Shown one piece after another: positions 35,200 through 45,253 of a DNA stretch of 64,000 bases. The DNA comes from Gammaproteobacteria bacterium (GTDB taxonomy: Bacteria; Pseudomonadota; Gammaproteobacteria; Thiohalospirales; Thiohalospiraceae): the NCBI GenBank assembly GCA_014762495.1, contig JABURT010000070.1:82638-146637 (forward strand), read 5' to 3'. The notes beneath the pieces are model-generated. The model saw only the letters and a program-made list of their open reading frames with translations, did no database searches and was not told the origin of the DNA. Made by a program: the position numbers and the translations under genes. Position 1 is the first letter of the stretch. Each line of letters begins with the position of its first letter.

Positions 35200-37530
35200 A
35201 TGAAACCAAGCATTCTACGGTTGGGTTGGGTGTTCCTTGTCTTATTGATTCTGGCCCCACCGCTCCGGGGGGCCATCGCATTTGCGCAACCACTCTCATC
35301 AGAGGTCATGGATCCAGCCAATGGATCATCCAGCATGGTCGACGTGGTGCCGCAAGAAAGCCCCTTCCCTTATGTAGCATCACAGCTGGGAATCACTCTA
35401 GCAGTGGTAGCGCTGCTATTGCTGGTCATTACACTCATCATCCATTTACGTTATCGACGCCAGGCCGATAGCAAGCTTCGCAGCTTGCTCGAATCAATGG
35501 GTCGGCTTGAACAAGCTTCAGAACCACGGGATCGGGCAGTCACTTCAGGCGACGAGCAAGAGCGTCTGATGGATAAACTGGGTCAGATAATGAAGGGCTT
35601 TCGTCGCGAAGCCACCGCATCGAGCGACAGTGACAAAAAGCTCACTGCTCTGTTCAACGTCGTTCAGGAAGGTATCGTTATTACCAATAGCGAGGGTGTG
35701 ATCGAAAATGTAAATCCCAGCCTGTGCAAAATGTTCGGCTATGAAGAGTCTGAATTACTGGGTCAGAGCAATAAAAAGCTTATGCCCGTGCCCTATGCGG
35801 AGCATCACGATGCCTATATGCAGGAATCGGTGCGCACAGGCAATATGGGATACATGGGGCGCTACCGGGATCTGCTGGCAATGCGGAAGGATGGTAGTAC
35901 TTTCCCAATGGTTATTAATATCGATCGCATCGAAGTGGGCCAACAGTTTAAATTTGCCGCTATCATTCGTGATGTTTCTCAGCAGAAGGAATATGAACAA
36001 CAGCTACTCAAGGCCAAGATGCGTGCTGAGGTGGCCAACGAGGCAAAATCCAGTTTTCTGTCCATGATGAGTCATGAGATCCGAACACCCTTGAATGGTG
36101 TGATGGGGATGTTACAGATGCTGCGGCCCGAGATAAGCAATCCCGAGCACAAGGAATTTATCGAGGTAGCTAGCAATTCGGCTACCAATCTCCTGCATAT
36201 CGTCGATGACATCCTTAACTATTCCAAGGCCGAAAGTGGGGTCATGAGACTGGAACAACAAGATTTCAGTTTACGCGATCTGCTGGAAGAATCCGTCGAC
36301 CTGTACATGGCGCGTCTCGCCGATAAGCAGCTTCGGTTGAAATTCTATGTTCCTCAGACGATGCCCGTGTTGTTATGTGGCGACCCTTTTCGTATCCAGC
36401 AAATGGTTAATAACCTGATCAGCAATGCCATCAAGTTTACCGATGAGGGTGAAATCAGGCTTGCGGCGGACTGGGTTGAGAAATTCGATGACGATATAGA
36501 CGTAACAATCATTGTGTCCGATACCGGTGTCGGTATAAGTGAAGATAAATTCACCGATATCTTCGAGCCCTTTGTGCAGGCAGATAATAGTGTGACACGG
36601 TCCTTCGGTGGCACCGGCCTGGGTTTGAGTATCGTCAAGCGCATTGCGGAATTGATGGGCGGCGGTGTGTCACTGGAATCCAGAAAAGGCCAAGGGAGTA
36701 CTTTCCGGCTAAACTTGCCATTGAAAATATGTACCACCGATGAGGCAAAGAAGCATGTTGACCTTAAAGGTAAGCGCATACTCTATGCCGTAAAAGACAA
36801 TCCAGACGAGATGCTGCTAGATTATATGCTTCATAATGGGGCGCAGGTCGAACAGATACAGCTGGCAGATATGACACATCGGTCTGCTCCGGATGAGTTA
36901 ACGCATGATGCTATAATCGTCGAGTGTGGAGACAATGATAGCTTGCAACTTGCGGATAAGCTTGCAACAGAGCTTTCTGGTAGGACTCGTATTATCTGTT
37001 TACGGGAACACCTGCAGCCCCTGCCACTGGAAATCAGTGAAACGGTTTGGGTTTTGCATGAGCCATTAATGAGTCGAACTCTGGATAGTGTATTCACATC
37101 ACTACTTGACGAACCACACAAGGAGTCGACAATGGCTGATCAAAAAGAAGGAACGGGCATGTCGAGGATATTGTTGGTTGAAGACAATCCGGTGAATCAA
37201 ATGGTCGCCAAGGCCATGCTGATCAAGATGGGCTATGAGCCTGTTGTGGCCAACAATGGTCAGGAAGCACTGGATCTGGTGAAGTCGGAAACGGTCGACC
37301 TGGTTCTCATGGATTGCCACATGCCGGTAATGGATGGCTACGAGGCCACCGCGAAAATGCGTGAATATCTCTCCGGCAAGCCCTTGCCCATTATCGCCAT
37401 GACCGCCGATGCCAGCCAGAGTGATCGCGAGCGCTGTCTGGGCGTAGGCATGGATGATCACATCCCCAAACCCATCAAGATGGATCTACTGCAATCGGCC
37501 ATCCATCAATGGCTCAATAACGCCAGTTAG
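35200..37530 (+). CDS. Hybrid sensor histidine kinase (PAS, HisKA, HATPase, pseudo-receiver, receiver)
   Basis: 776 aa. PAS (FNVVQEGIVITNSEGVIENVNPS...). H-box MSHEIRTPLNGVMGM. N/G boxes NLISNAIKFT, DTGVGIS, GTGLGLSIV. Terminal receiver ILLVEDNPVNQ...DLVLMDCHMPVMDG...AMTADA...KP. Confidence 0.9.
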   Translation: MKPSILRLGWVFLVLLILAPPLRGAIAFAQPLSSEVMDPANGSSSMVDVVPQESPFPYVASQLGITLAVVALLLLVITLIIHLRYRRQADSKLRSLLESMGRLEQASEPRDRAVTSGDEQERLMDKLGQIMKGFRREATASSDSDKKLTALFNVVQEGIVITNSEGVIENVNPSLCKMFGYEESELLGQSNKKLMPVPYAEHHDAYMQESVRTGNMGYMGRYRDLLAMRKDGSTFPMVINIDRIEVGQQFKFAAIIRDVSQQKEYEQQLLKAKMRAEVANEAKSSFLSMMSHEIRTPLNGVMGMLQMLRPEISNPEHKEFIEVASNSATNLLHIVDDILNYSKAESGVMRLEQQDFSLRDLLEESVDLYMARLADKQLRLKFYVPQTMPVLLCGDPFRIQQMVNNLISNAIKFTDEGEIRLAADWVEKFDDDIDVTIIVSDTGVGISEDKFTDIFEPFVQADNSVTRSFGGTGLGLSIVKRIAELMGGGVSLESRKGQGSTFRLNLPLKICTTDEAKKHVDLKGKRILYAVKDNPDEMLLDYMLHNGAQVEQIQLADMTHRSAPDELTHDAIIVECGDNDSLQLADKLATELSGRTRIICLREHLQPLPLEISETVWVLHEPLMSRTLDSVFTSLLDEPHKESTMADQKEGTGMSRILLVEDNPVNQMVAKAMLIKMGYEPVVANNGQEALDLVKSETVDLVLMDCHMPVMDGYEATAKMREYLSGKPLPIIAMTADASQSDRERCLGVGMDDHIPKPIKMDLLQSAIHQWLNNAS

Positions 37531-37531
37531 A

Positions 37532-38266
37532 TCAACTATTCAATGAACGCCCGCCGTCTACGGCGAGGATTTGCCCACTGACGTAGGGTGCGTCCAGGAC
37601 CATGAAGCGTATGGCCTTGGCGATATCTGTCGGGCTGCCCTGCCGCTTGAGGAAGGTACGGGAAATGATGCGCTGCTTGGTGAGCTCATCCATCTCATGC
37701 TCGGGCCAGAGGATTGCACCGGGTGCCACTGCGTTGACTCGTATCTCCGGCCCTAGTTCACCGGCCAGTGATTTGGTCAACATGGCCAGGCCGGCCTTGG
37801 CCATGGAGTAGACCGGGTAACCCTTCAATGGTCGCTCGGCGTGGATGTCGACGATGTTGACGATGCAGCCTTCACTTTCACGTAGGTATGGGGCGACAGC
37901 CTGTGACAGGAACAGCGGTGCCTTGAGGTTGCTGCCCATCAGGTCTTCCCAGACGGCCTCGTCAATCTCACCGATGGTCGTGGGATAGAAGCTGGATGCA
38001 TTATTGATCAACACATCCAGTCGTCCCCAGGCCTTATGCGCCTCTTTTGCCATCGCCACCAGCTTGTCGGTCTCATGCAGATCGGCCTGCACCAGAACCA
38101 CTGACTCGGGACGCCGGGCATTGAGTTCTGCCTGCAGCGCCTGGGCGCCCTCGCGTGAGGCACGATAGTGAATCACGATATTCATACCCGCCTCATGCAG
38201 AGTACGGGCCACGGTTGCGCCGATGCGATGGGCCGCACCGGTGATCAAGGCCACCTTGTTTGTCAT
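37532..38266 (-). CDS. SDR-family oxidoreductase, pteridine reductase / FolM-like
   Basis: MTNKVALITGAAHRIGATVARTLHEAGMNIVIHY (TGxxxRIG). Catalytic YSMAK. 244 aa. Confidence 0.7.
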   Translation of the reverse strand: MTNKVALITGAAHRIGATVARTLHEAGMNIVIHYRASREGAQALQAELNARRPESVVLVQADLHETDKLVAMAKEAHKAWGRLDVLINNASSFYPTTIGEIDEAVWEDLMGSNLKAPLFLSQAVAPYLRESEGCIVNIVDIHAERPLKGYPVYSMAKAGLAMLTKSLAGELGPEIRVNAVAPGAILWPEHEMDELTKQRIISRTFLKRQGSPTDIAKAIRFMVLDAPYVSGQILAVDGGRSLNS

Positions 38267-38290
38267 GCTGTGCTATGCTCGTCGGCTTGA

Positions 38291-39535
38291 ATGAAGTGCC
38301 ACACTCTAGCAAAAAACGCGAGACGGGACAGGCCTGTATTGAAGAGTATCGAGGATGAATCGGGGCGCGGAGCCGGGTCTTCGCTGGAACAATTTCCGCT
38401 CCCCTCGGACGAGGCGCAGCACCATAGCGAGGCATTGATTGAGGTCATTCGTGACGCCATCGACACGGCCGGTGGTGTCATCGGCTTTGATCGTTACATG
38501 CAGTTGGCGCTATACGCTCCGGGGCTGGGGTATTACAGCGGTGGCAGCCGTAAATTCGGCGCCGAGGGTGATTTCGTCACCGCGCCGGAAATCTCTCCCC
38601 TGTTCTCCCAATGCCTGGCGCGCCAATGTGCCCAGGCGATGCAGGCCGCCAAGTTAGATCAGCTCCTGGAGTTTGGCGCTGGCGCCGGCACCATGGCCGC
38701 CGACATGCTGTTGCAGCTTGAATCCATGCAGGCCCTGCCGAAGACCTATCTGATCATCGAGTTGAGCGCCGAGTTGCGTCAACGCCAGCTGGAAACTCTT
38801 ACCCGCAAGGTCCCCCATCTACTGGAACGAGTGCAATGGATCGAGCATTTGCCCGATAGCTTCTCTGGCGTCGTCGTGGCCAACGAGGTGGTGGATGCCA
38901 TGCCGGTGCGTCGTCTTCGCCGCCAGGCGGGCCGCTGGCTAGAGCAGGGCGTGTGCTGGGACGGGCGACGCTTTGCCTGGCAAGAAATGGGTGAGGCACA
39001 AAGCGGCTTGTCCGAAGCGCTCGAGGAGCTGGATGCAAATGAGGGGTACCGCACCGAGGTCTGTCCCCTCGCGCGCGACTGGATCATGGAGCTGGGTGAT
39101 ATGCTGCAGAAGGGGCTGATTCTACTCATCGATTACGGTTACAGTTCGCGCGAGTATTATCATCCCGAACGCCGCGCCGGCACCTTGATGTGTCACTATC
39201 GCCACCGAGCCCACGACGATCCCTTCGTCTATCCGGGCTTGCAGGATATCACCGCACACGTCGATTTTACCGCCCTGGCCGAGGCGGCCCTGGACGCGGG
39301 GCTCTCCGTCTACGGCTATACCAGCCAGGCCATGTTCCTGTTCGGCAATGGCCTTGAGAGTGCCATGGTGGACGTGGACGAGCCCGAGACCCAATATCGC
39401 CTGGCCCAGCAGGTCAAGCACCTGACCCTGCCCACCGAGATGGGCGAACGGTTCAAGGTAATGGCCCTGGGCACGGGACTGGCCGAGGTCGAGCTGATGG
39501 GCTTTGCCCTCAATGACATGCGAGGAAAGTTATAG
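38291..39535 (+). CDS. SAM-dependent methyltransferase, DUF185/MidA (NDUFAF7) family
   Basis: IGFDRYMQLALYAPGLGYYSGGSRKFGAEGDFVTAPEISPLF and LLEFGAGAGTMAAD are MidA signatures. The start is uncertain: the ATG at 38291 is only 24 nt from the divergent gene, and an in-frame TTG lies at 38339. Confidence 0.72.
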   Translation: MKCHTLAKNARRDRPVLKSIEDESGRGAGSSLEQFPLPSDEAQHHSEALIEVIRDAIDTAGGVIGFDRYMQLALYAPGLGYYSGGSRKFGAEGDFVTAPEISPLFSQCLARQCAQAMQAAKLDQLLEFGAGAGTMAADMLLQLESMQALPKTYLIIELSAELRQRQLETLTRKVPHLLERVQWIEHLPDSFSGVVVANEVVDAMPVRRLRRQAGRWLEQGVCWDGRRFAWQEMGEAQSGLSEALEELDANEGYRTEVCPLARDWIMELGDMLQKGLILLIDYGYSSREYYHPERRAGTLMCHYRHRAHDDPFVYPGLQDITAHVDFTALAEAALDAGLSVYGYTSQAMFLFGNGLESAMVDVDEPETQYRLAQQVKHLTLPTEMGERFKVMALGTGLAEVELMGFALNDMRGKL

Positions 39536-39538
39536 AGC

Positions 39539-40336
39539 ATGGATACCCTACAAACCATTATCCTGGCCCTGGTGCAGGGGCTGACCGAGTTTCTGCCCAT
39601 CTCCAGCTCCGCCCATCTCATCCTGTTGCCGCAGTTGGCGGACTGGCCCGATCAGGGCCTGGCCTTTGATGTCGCGGTGCATGTCGGCACTCTGGCCGCG
39701 GTGGTGATCTATTTCCGTCATCAAGTCATGGCCATGGCCGTGGACTGGGGCCGCTCGCTGGCCCATCGCAAGCCGGTGGGCGAGAGTCGCCTGGCCTGGG
39801 CGGTGCTCTTCGCCACCATCCCCGCCGGTGTCGTCGGGGTCCTGTTCAAGGACTTCATCGAGACTGATCTGCGCTCGGCGCTGGTGATTGCCGCGGCCAC
39901 CATCGTCTTTGGTCTGCTGCTGGGCTGGGCGGACCTTCGCGGTCGACGCAGCCGGGACGAGCATCACCTGGGTTGGCGCGATGTGCTGGTGATTGGCCTG
40001 GCCCAGGCCCTGGCCCTGATCCCCGGTACCTCGCGCTCCGGCATCACCATGACCGCGGCGCTCATGATGGGGCTCAGTCGCGAGGCCTCGGCCCGCTTCT
40101 CCTTCCTGCTCTCCATACCCACCATCGGCGGAGCGGGCCTGTTCAAGCTCAAGGACCTGCTGGAACAAGCCACGACGCCTGACTGGCAGGCCCTGTTCTG
40201 GGGAACCCTGATCTCGGGCCTGAGCGCCTATCTGTGTATCCACTACTTCCTCAAGTTGCTGGAGCGCATCGGCATGGCGCCCTTTGTCATCTATCGTCTG
40301 CTGCTGGGTGCGGTACTGCTGTATGTCTTCCTCTGA
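39539..40336 (+). CDS. uppP: Undecaprenyl-diphosphate phosphatase
   Basis: [29 protein letters not shown] and [17 protein letters not shown] are BacA/UppP signatures. Confidence 0.92.
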   Translation: MDTLQTIILALVQGLTEFLPISSSAHLILLPQLADWPDQGLAFDVAVHVGTLAAVVIYFRHQVMAMAVDWGRSLAHRKPVGESRLAWAVLFATIPAGVVGVLFKDFIETDLRSALVIAAATIVFGLLLGWADLRGRRSRDEHHLGWRDVLVIGLAQALALIPGTSRSGITMTAALMMGLSREASARFSFLLSIPTIGGAGLFKLKDLLEQATTPDWQALFWGTLISGLSAYLCIHYFLKLLERIGMAPFVIYRLLLGAVLLYVFL

Positions 40337-40694
40337 GTTAAAGTATGCGCGGGGGTGGTGGACACTGGGCTGGCTGGTGCTGGCCACCATATTGATTCTC
40401 TCCCTAATGCCCTCGCCGCCCAAGTTGGGTGATGTCTCCGACAAGTGGCAACACGCCTTCGCCTATGCCCTGCTCATGAGCTGGTTCGCGCAGCTCGCCT
40501 CAAAACGACTGCGTCTGGCCCTGTTATTGATACTGATGGGGATCGGTGTCGAGGTACTGCAGGGCCTGAGCGGCCTGCGTCAATACGAGCTGCTGGATAT
40601 GCTGGCCAATGCCACAGGTGTTGTGATCGGCTGGATGCTGATACGGGTGGGCTTGAAGTATCTACTCTGGCTGGAAAGGGTCGTGGCCCGCTAG
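40323..40694 (+). CDS. VanZ-like family membrane protein
   Basis: About 123 aa, 4 TM helices. [16 protein letters not shown] and [13 protein letters not shown] are VanZ-like. The ATG at 40323 overlaps the uppP 3' end by 14 nt. Confidence 0.6.
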   Translation: MSSSELKYARGWWTLGWLVLATILILSLMPSPPKLGDVSDKWQHAFAYALLMSWFAQLASKRLRLALLLILMGIGVEVLQGLSGLRQYELLDMLANATGVVIGWMLIRVGLKYLLWLERVVAR

Positions 40695-40751
40695 TTCGCG
40701 TACGGTGGGTCACAGGCGCGGTCGGACCGCGCCCATGAACCGGTGATTGCA

Positions 40752-41339
40752 CTAACCTCGGCCGAGGAAGAAGATGGAAAAAATACTCAGGGCCAGCGAG
40801 GAGAAGCCGACTATCAACTCCATCATCGCCACCATATTGCCGCGACCACTGGATTCCAGTCGCTGGGTCTTGCTCATGTCGGCCTTGTTGCGGGATTTGG
40901 ATTTTCTGGGCTGGCCGCTGGAGAAAGTGGGCATGGAAAATCGACCCATGCGAAAGGCCATCATGAAGGTGGTCTTGAGCGGTTGGGAGGCCATGAAGCC
41001 AATGCCGGTGATGATGAGGACATAGATCAGCATATCCAGCAAGGTCGGTGGGACCGCCCACCACTGCTGATACTGCGGATAGAGCAAGGCGGCGCTTGCC
41101 AGGGCTCCGGCCAGGGTACTGAGGATGGGATAGGTGATGCGCAGTAGGCGCTGTACCAGGCCACCAATCACGGGCACGGCCAGCAGGACCACCGCCCAGT
41201 GGGTATAGGCATCGTACTGCTTGAAGAGGATGAGAGAGCTCTGCAGGTAGTAGGTAAGCCCGGTTACGATCACAAAAAAGATCAGGGCACCGAGAATCAG
41301 GTTCATGGCACGCGAGAGCAGGCTGTCCTCGTAAATCAT
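40752..41339 (-). CDS. Hypothetical multi-pass membrane protein
   Basis: 195 aa. About 4 N-terminal TM helices, a basic linker (SSGQPRKSKSRNKADMSKTQRLESSGRG), then a C-terminal TM helix. No motif recognised. Confidence 0.5.
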   Translation of the reverse strand: MIYEDSLLSRAMNLILGALIFFVIVTGLTYYLQSSLILFKQYDAYTHWAVVLLAVPVIGGLVQRLLRITYPILSTLAGALASAALLYPQYQQWWAVPPTLLDMLIYVLIITGIGFMASQPLKTTFMMAFRMGRFSMPTFSSGQPRKSKSRNKADMSKTQRLESSGRGNMVAMMELIVGFSSLALSIFSIFFLGRG

Positions 41340-41441
41340 AGTTTCCTCCGGTGGAGTTAATTCAGGGTATCGTTATTAGATAGCGCCGAGCGCATATTAT
41401 TGTCGCTTCATGGAGTATATCGGGAAGCGGTCGGTTTAACT

Positions 41442-42668
41442 TTATCCGCGTTGCGCTTTTAGGCGTCGAATGCGCTCTTCGCGCACGGCCTCACCGATGC
41501 GAGGACCGCTAAGTCCCTGCTCGGCAAAGGCCCTGGCCTCGACCTCTCGACAGGTGGCGTAGGCCCGTTTCAAGATTGCAGGCTGTTGCAGTTCCCTGTC
41601 CTCGTAGCCCGGTCGGCCACGCGAGTCGGCCTCGCAGGCGAGCAGCCATTTATCAAAGCGTTCCGGCTTGCGGTAGGCATCGAGCTTCTGCAACAGGTCA
41701 ACCAGGGTCGAGGCCTTGAGTTCTCCGGCACGATGAAAGCAGAGGTGGTAACGGGTCACGTTGACGCCGAGATCGCGATACTCACGAGGGCAACGCAGGC
41801 GCTCGCACATCGCCTCCACCAGCGGTACCCCCTTCTCCTCGTGATCGATATGTCGCGGCCACTGATCCTGCGGCGTGATCCCCTTGCCGAGGTCGTGCAC
41901 CAGCGCGGCAAAGCGTACCTGGGCATCGTCTGATAATCTGGCCGCCTGCTCCAGTACCATCATGGTGTGAACGCCGGTGTCGATCTCGGGATGGTGCTCC
42001 TCGGGCTGGGGTACGCCAAACAGGCGGTCGATCTCGGGGAAGATGGTCGCCAGGGCGCCGCAATCACGCAGGGCGAGGATAAAGCTTTGTGGCGAGGGTT
42101 CGCTCAGGGCGCGCATCGTCTCCTGCCAGACCCGTTCGGGTACGAGGGCATCCACCTCGCCGTTCTGGACCATCTCGCGCATCAGCTCAAGGGTCTCCTC
42201 GGCGATGCGAAAGCCGAGCGGCTGAAGCCGGGCGAGAAAACGCGCCACGCGCAGGATGCGCACAGGGTCCTCGCTGAAGGCGGGGGAGACGTGGCGCAAC
42301 AGGCGTGCATCAAGGTCGGCCTGACCGCCATAGGGATCGATGATCTTGCCCGTTTCATCCTCGGCCATGGCATTAATGGTGAGGTCGCGGCGCAAGAGAT
42401 CCTGTTCCAGGCTGACCTCGGCATCGGCATGAAAGGAAAAACCGGTATAGCCGGGCGCGGTCTTGCGTTCGGTGCGGGCGAGGGCATACTCCTCGCGGGT
42501 CTCGGGGTGGAGGAAGACGGGGAAGTCCTTGCCCACCGCCTTGAAGCCGCGTGACTCCATCTCCTCGACGGTGGCACCCACCACCACCCAGTCGGTGTCC
42601 TTGACGGGGAGGTCGAGCAGTCGGTCGCGGACGGCGCCGCCTACCTTGTAGAGGGTCGGTTCAGGCAC
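41442..42668 (-). CDS. cca: Multifunctional CCA-adding enzyme (tRNA nucleotidyltransferase / HD phosphohydrolase)
   Basis: [31 protein letters not shown], and the HD domain HDLGK. Confidence 0.92.
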   Translation of the reverse strand: MPEPTLYKVGGAVRDRLLDLPVKDTDWVVVGATVEEMESRGFKAVGKDFPVFLHPETREEYALARTERKTAPGYTGFSFHADAEVSLEQDLLRRDLTINAMAEDETGKIIDPYGGQADLDARLLRHVSPAFSEDPVRILRVARFLARLQPLGFRIAEETLELMREMVQNGEVDALVPERVWQETMRALSEPSPQSFILALRDCGALATIFPEIDRLFGVPQPEEHHPEIDTGVHTMMVLEQAARLSDDAQVRFAALVHDLGKGITPQDQWPRHIDHEEKGVPLVEAMCERLRCPREYRDLGVNVTRYHLCFHRAGELKASTLVDLLQKLDAYRKPERFDKWLLACEADSRGRPGYEDRELQQPAILKRAYATCREVEARAFAEQGLSGPRIGEAVREERIRRLKAQRG

Positions 42669-42686
42669 CTGGATGTGGCCTCCCGC

Positions 42687-43643
42687 CTAGCGGCGCGCCT
42701 TACTGCGGTAGCTATGGTAGCGATGCGACTTGCGATGGGCATCGATATAGAGTGGTACCACCGCCTCCAGGGGGGTGGGGCTGATACCGAAGATCTCGGG
42801 AAAGCCGCCGTCACAGACGCTGTCCACCTGCAGGCTGCGGTAGTTGTCCATGGAGAAGGGTTTGCCCGGAGCAAACTCGAGCATAAAGGCCTGCATCTTG
42901 GAGAGGGTATCGCCGAGGCCGATCACCTTGCGCCGAAGTCCCGCGGCGGCACCGGCATACTCCACCAGCTCCTTTAAGGTGTAGACGCGCGGCCCACACA
43001 GGTCGTATTTCTGAGCCACGGTATGGCGGTCCTTGAGTGCGTGCACGAAGGCACTGACCACATCGCCGACGTAGACCGGGGCGATGCGTGAATTGGGACA
43101 GGCCAGGGGCAGGAGCAGAGGCACCTTGCGCAACAGGCCGGCGAAGCGATTGAGGAAGCTGTCGCCCTCGCCGAATATGACCGAGGGCCGGAAGATGGTG
43201 ATGTCCAGGTCCTTGGTGGCCTGCAGGAAACTCTCGGCATCGCCCTTGGTGCGCAGGTAATAGCTGGCACCGTGGGAGGCGTCGGCGTTGAGGGCGCTCA
43301 TGTGCAGTAGGCGGCGGATGTGGTTGCGACGGCAGGCCTGTACAATCGTTTGCGGTAATTCTACATGGACGCGTCGAAACTCGTGATCGCTATGGCCGCG
43401 GGAATTAAGAATACCGACCAGATTGATGACGGTATCGAAGCCCTTGAACTGGCGGGTGAGCACATCGACATCGAAGATGTTGGCGTCGACCACCTCCACA
43501 GTGGGCAGGACCAGCAGTTCTCGATGCCTCTCGCGGCGGCGAGTCAGCAGCCTGACCTGGTAACCTTCCTTGACCAGGCGCGTGACCAGGTGGTGACCGA
43601 TAAAGCCGGTCCCACCCAGAATGCATATCTTTTTGGACATCAT
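42687..43643 (-). CDS. NAD(P)H-binding NDUFA9-like / NAD-dependent epimerase family protein
   Basis: MMSKKICILGGTGFIGHHLV (Rossmann GxxGxxG) from the ATG at 43643. The gap to the downstream cca start is 18 nt on the same strand. Confidence 0.7.
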   Translation of the reverse strand: MMSKKICILGGTGFIGHHLVTRLVKEGYQVRLLTRRRERHRELLVLPTVEVVDANIFDVDVLTRQFKGFDTVINLVGILNSRGHSDHEFRRVHVELPQTIVQACRRNHIRRLLHMSALNADASHGASYYLRTKGDAESFLQATKDLDITIFRPSVIFGEGDSFLNRFAGLLRKVPLLLPLACPNSRIAPVYVGDVVSAFVHALKDRHTVAQKYDLCGPRVYTLKELVEYAGAAAGLRRKVIGLGDTLSKMQAFMLEFAPGKPFSMDNYRSLQVDSVCDGGFPEIFGISPTPLEAVVPLYIDAHRKSHRYHSYRSKARR

Positions 43644-43837
43644 CTTCGCAATCTCACCGTCGGGGTTGTTGTTGTAAGTTGTTGTTCGTTCTTGAAAGAC
43701 CAATTGTTTTGGACTGGGCAGGTCCAGTCAAGTCGATGTTCGCAAATAGTGTTGGCGAATTGGCTTTAGTCGAGACCGGGCCTGCATCTATACTTGGGGA
43801 CAGGACAGTACAACACTTTACAACGAAAGGGGGCCGC

Positions 43838-45202
43838 ATGGCTTTTCAGAGCGTCAATCCTGCAACTGGCAAGGTGGAAAAAGAGTTCGCCACCTGGACC
43901 GAGTCGGAACTCGATCGCGTCCTCGGCCAGGTCGCCGAGGCCACACCCGCCTGGGGGCTCACCAGCCACGCCGAGCGCTCAGACTTATTGCGCAGGGCGG
44001 CGCAGGTGTTACAGGAAAATAAATCCGAGTACGCCCGCCTTATCACCCTGGAGATGGGCAAGTTGTTGAAAGAGGCCGAGGCCGAGATCGACAAGTGCAG
44101 CATGGCCTTCGAGTATTACGCCGACAATGCCGAGGCATTCCTGGCCGACGAGATCATCGAGACCGACGCCGGCCGCTCGCTGGTGGCCTACCTGCCCATG
44201 GGCACAATTCTCGCGGTCATGCCCTGGAATTTCCCCTTCTGGCAGGTGTTTCGCTTTGCCACCGCGGGCCTGGCCGCCGGCAACAGCGTGGTACTCAAAC
44301 ACGCCTCCAACGTGCCCCAGTGCGCCCTGGCAATCGAGGATGTGATCCGCAAGGCCGGTTTTCCCGAGAACGTCTTTCGCACCCTTATGATCGGCGCCTC
44401 CCAGGTGCAGTCGGTGATCGAAGACCCGCGCATCTCGGGTGTGACCCTCACCGGCAGCGAGGCGGCCGGGCGCAAGGTGGCGTCCCAGGCCGGAGCGGCG
44501 ATGAAAAAGTCGGTGCTGGAACTGGGCGGTTCGGACCCCTTTATCGTGCTGGATGACTGCGACCTGGAATGGACTGTTTCGCAGGCCATTGCCTCGCGCT
44601 TCGGCAACTGCGGCCAGGTCTGCATTGCCGCCAAGCGCTTCATCCTGCTTGACGATGTTGCCGATGCCTTCATCGAGCGCTTCAAGGAGTCGGTGGATGC
44701 TCTCAAGATTGGCGATCCCATGGATGCCGACACCGCCATCGGGCCCATGTCACGCATCGACCTGCGCGAGGAGTTGCACCAGCAGATCCAGGATTCCATT
44801 AAGGCCGGTGCGGTGGCCTTAACCGGCTGCGCGCCGGCGCCGGGTGACGGCGCCTTCTACAAGCCCTCTCTGCTGGACAAGGTCGAGCCCGGCATGCGCG
44901 CCTACGAGGAGGAGTTCTTCGGCCCGGTGGGGATCATCATTCGCGCCCGCGACGAGATGGAGGCCATTCGCATCGCCAATGACTCGCGCTTCGGACTCGG
45001 CAGCTCCATCTGGACCCAGGATGTAGAGCGGGGTGAGCGCCTGGCGCGCCTGCTGCAGACTGGTTCGACCTTTATCAACGGCCTGGTCAAGAGCGATCCG
45101 CGCCTGCCCATCGGCGGTGTCAAGGCCTCCGGTTACGGCCGCGAACTGTGCCACCACGGCATACGCGAGTGGTGCAATACCAAGGCGATCTGGATCAAGT
45201 AA
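43838..45202 (+). CDS. NAD(P)+-dependent aldehyde dehydrogenase, succinate-semialdehyde dehydrogenase-like
   Basis: MAFQSVNPATGKVEKEF from ATG 43838 (RBS AAAGGGGG). Catalytic motifs LELGGSDP and FGNCGQVCIAAKR. Confidence 0.82.
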   Translation: MAFQSVNPATGKVEKEFATWTESELDRVLGQVAEATPAWGLTSHAERSDLLRRAAQVLQENKSEYARLITLEMGKLLKEAEAEIDKCSMAFEYYADNAEAFLADEIIETDAGRSLVAYLPMGTILAVMPWNFPFWQVFRFATAGLAAGNSVVLKHASNVPQCALAIEDVIRKAGFPENVFRTLMIGASQVQSVIEDPRISGVTLTGSEAAGRKVASQAGAAMKKSVLELGGSDPFIVLDDCDLEWTVSQAIASRFGNCGQVCIAAKRFILLDDVADAFIERFKESVDALKIGDPMDADTAIGPMSRIDLREELHQQIQDSIKAGAVALTGCAPAPGDGAFYKPSLLDKVEPGMRAYEEEFFGPVGIIIRARDEMEAIRIANDSRFGLGSSIWTQDVERGERLARLLQTGSTFINGLVKSDPRLPIGGVKASGYGRELCHHGIREWCNTKAIWIK

Positions 45203-45253
45203 ACGCGGATACAGGCCCGCTCAAGCGAGCCTGTCGATGCCTTATGAGCTGTC

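Noticed and set aside
39548-40444. 298-aa minus-strand ORF antisense to uppP
   Set aside because: A shadow ORF. The protein is Gly/Arg/Gln/Asp-rich low complexity, while the + strand encodes textbook UppP motifs.
40715-40733. Hairpin GGCGCGG-tcgga-CCGCGCC between the convergent VanZ-like and membrane-protein genes
   Set aside because: It has no flanking U/A tracts, so I did not call it an intrinsic terminator. It could still be a Rho-dependent or stabilising element.
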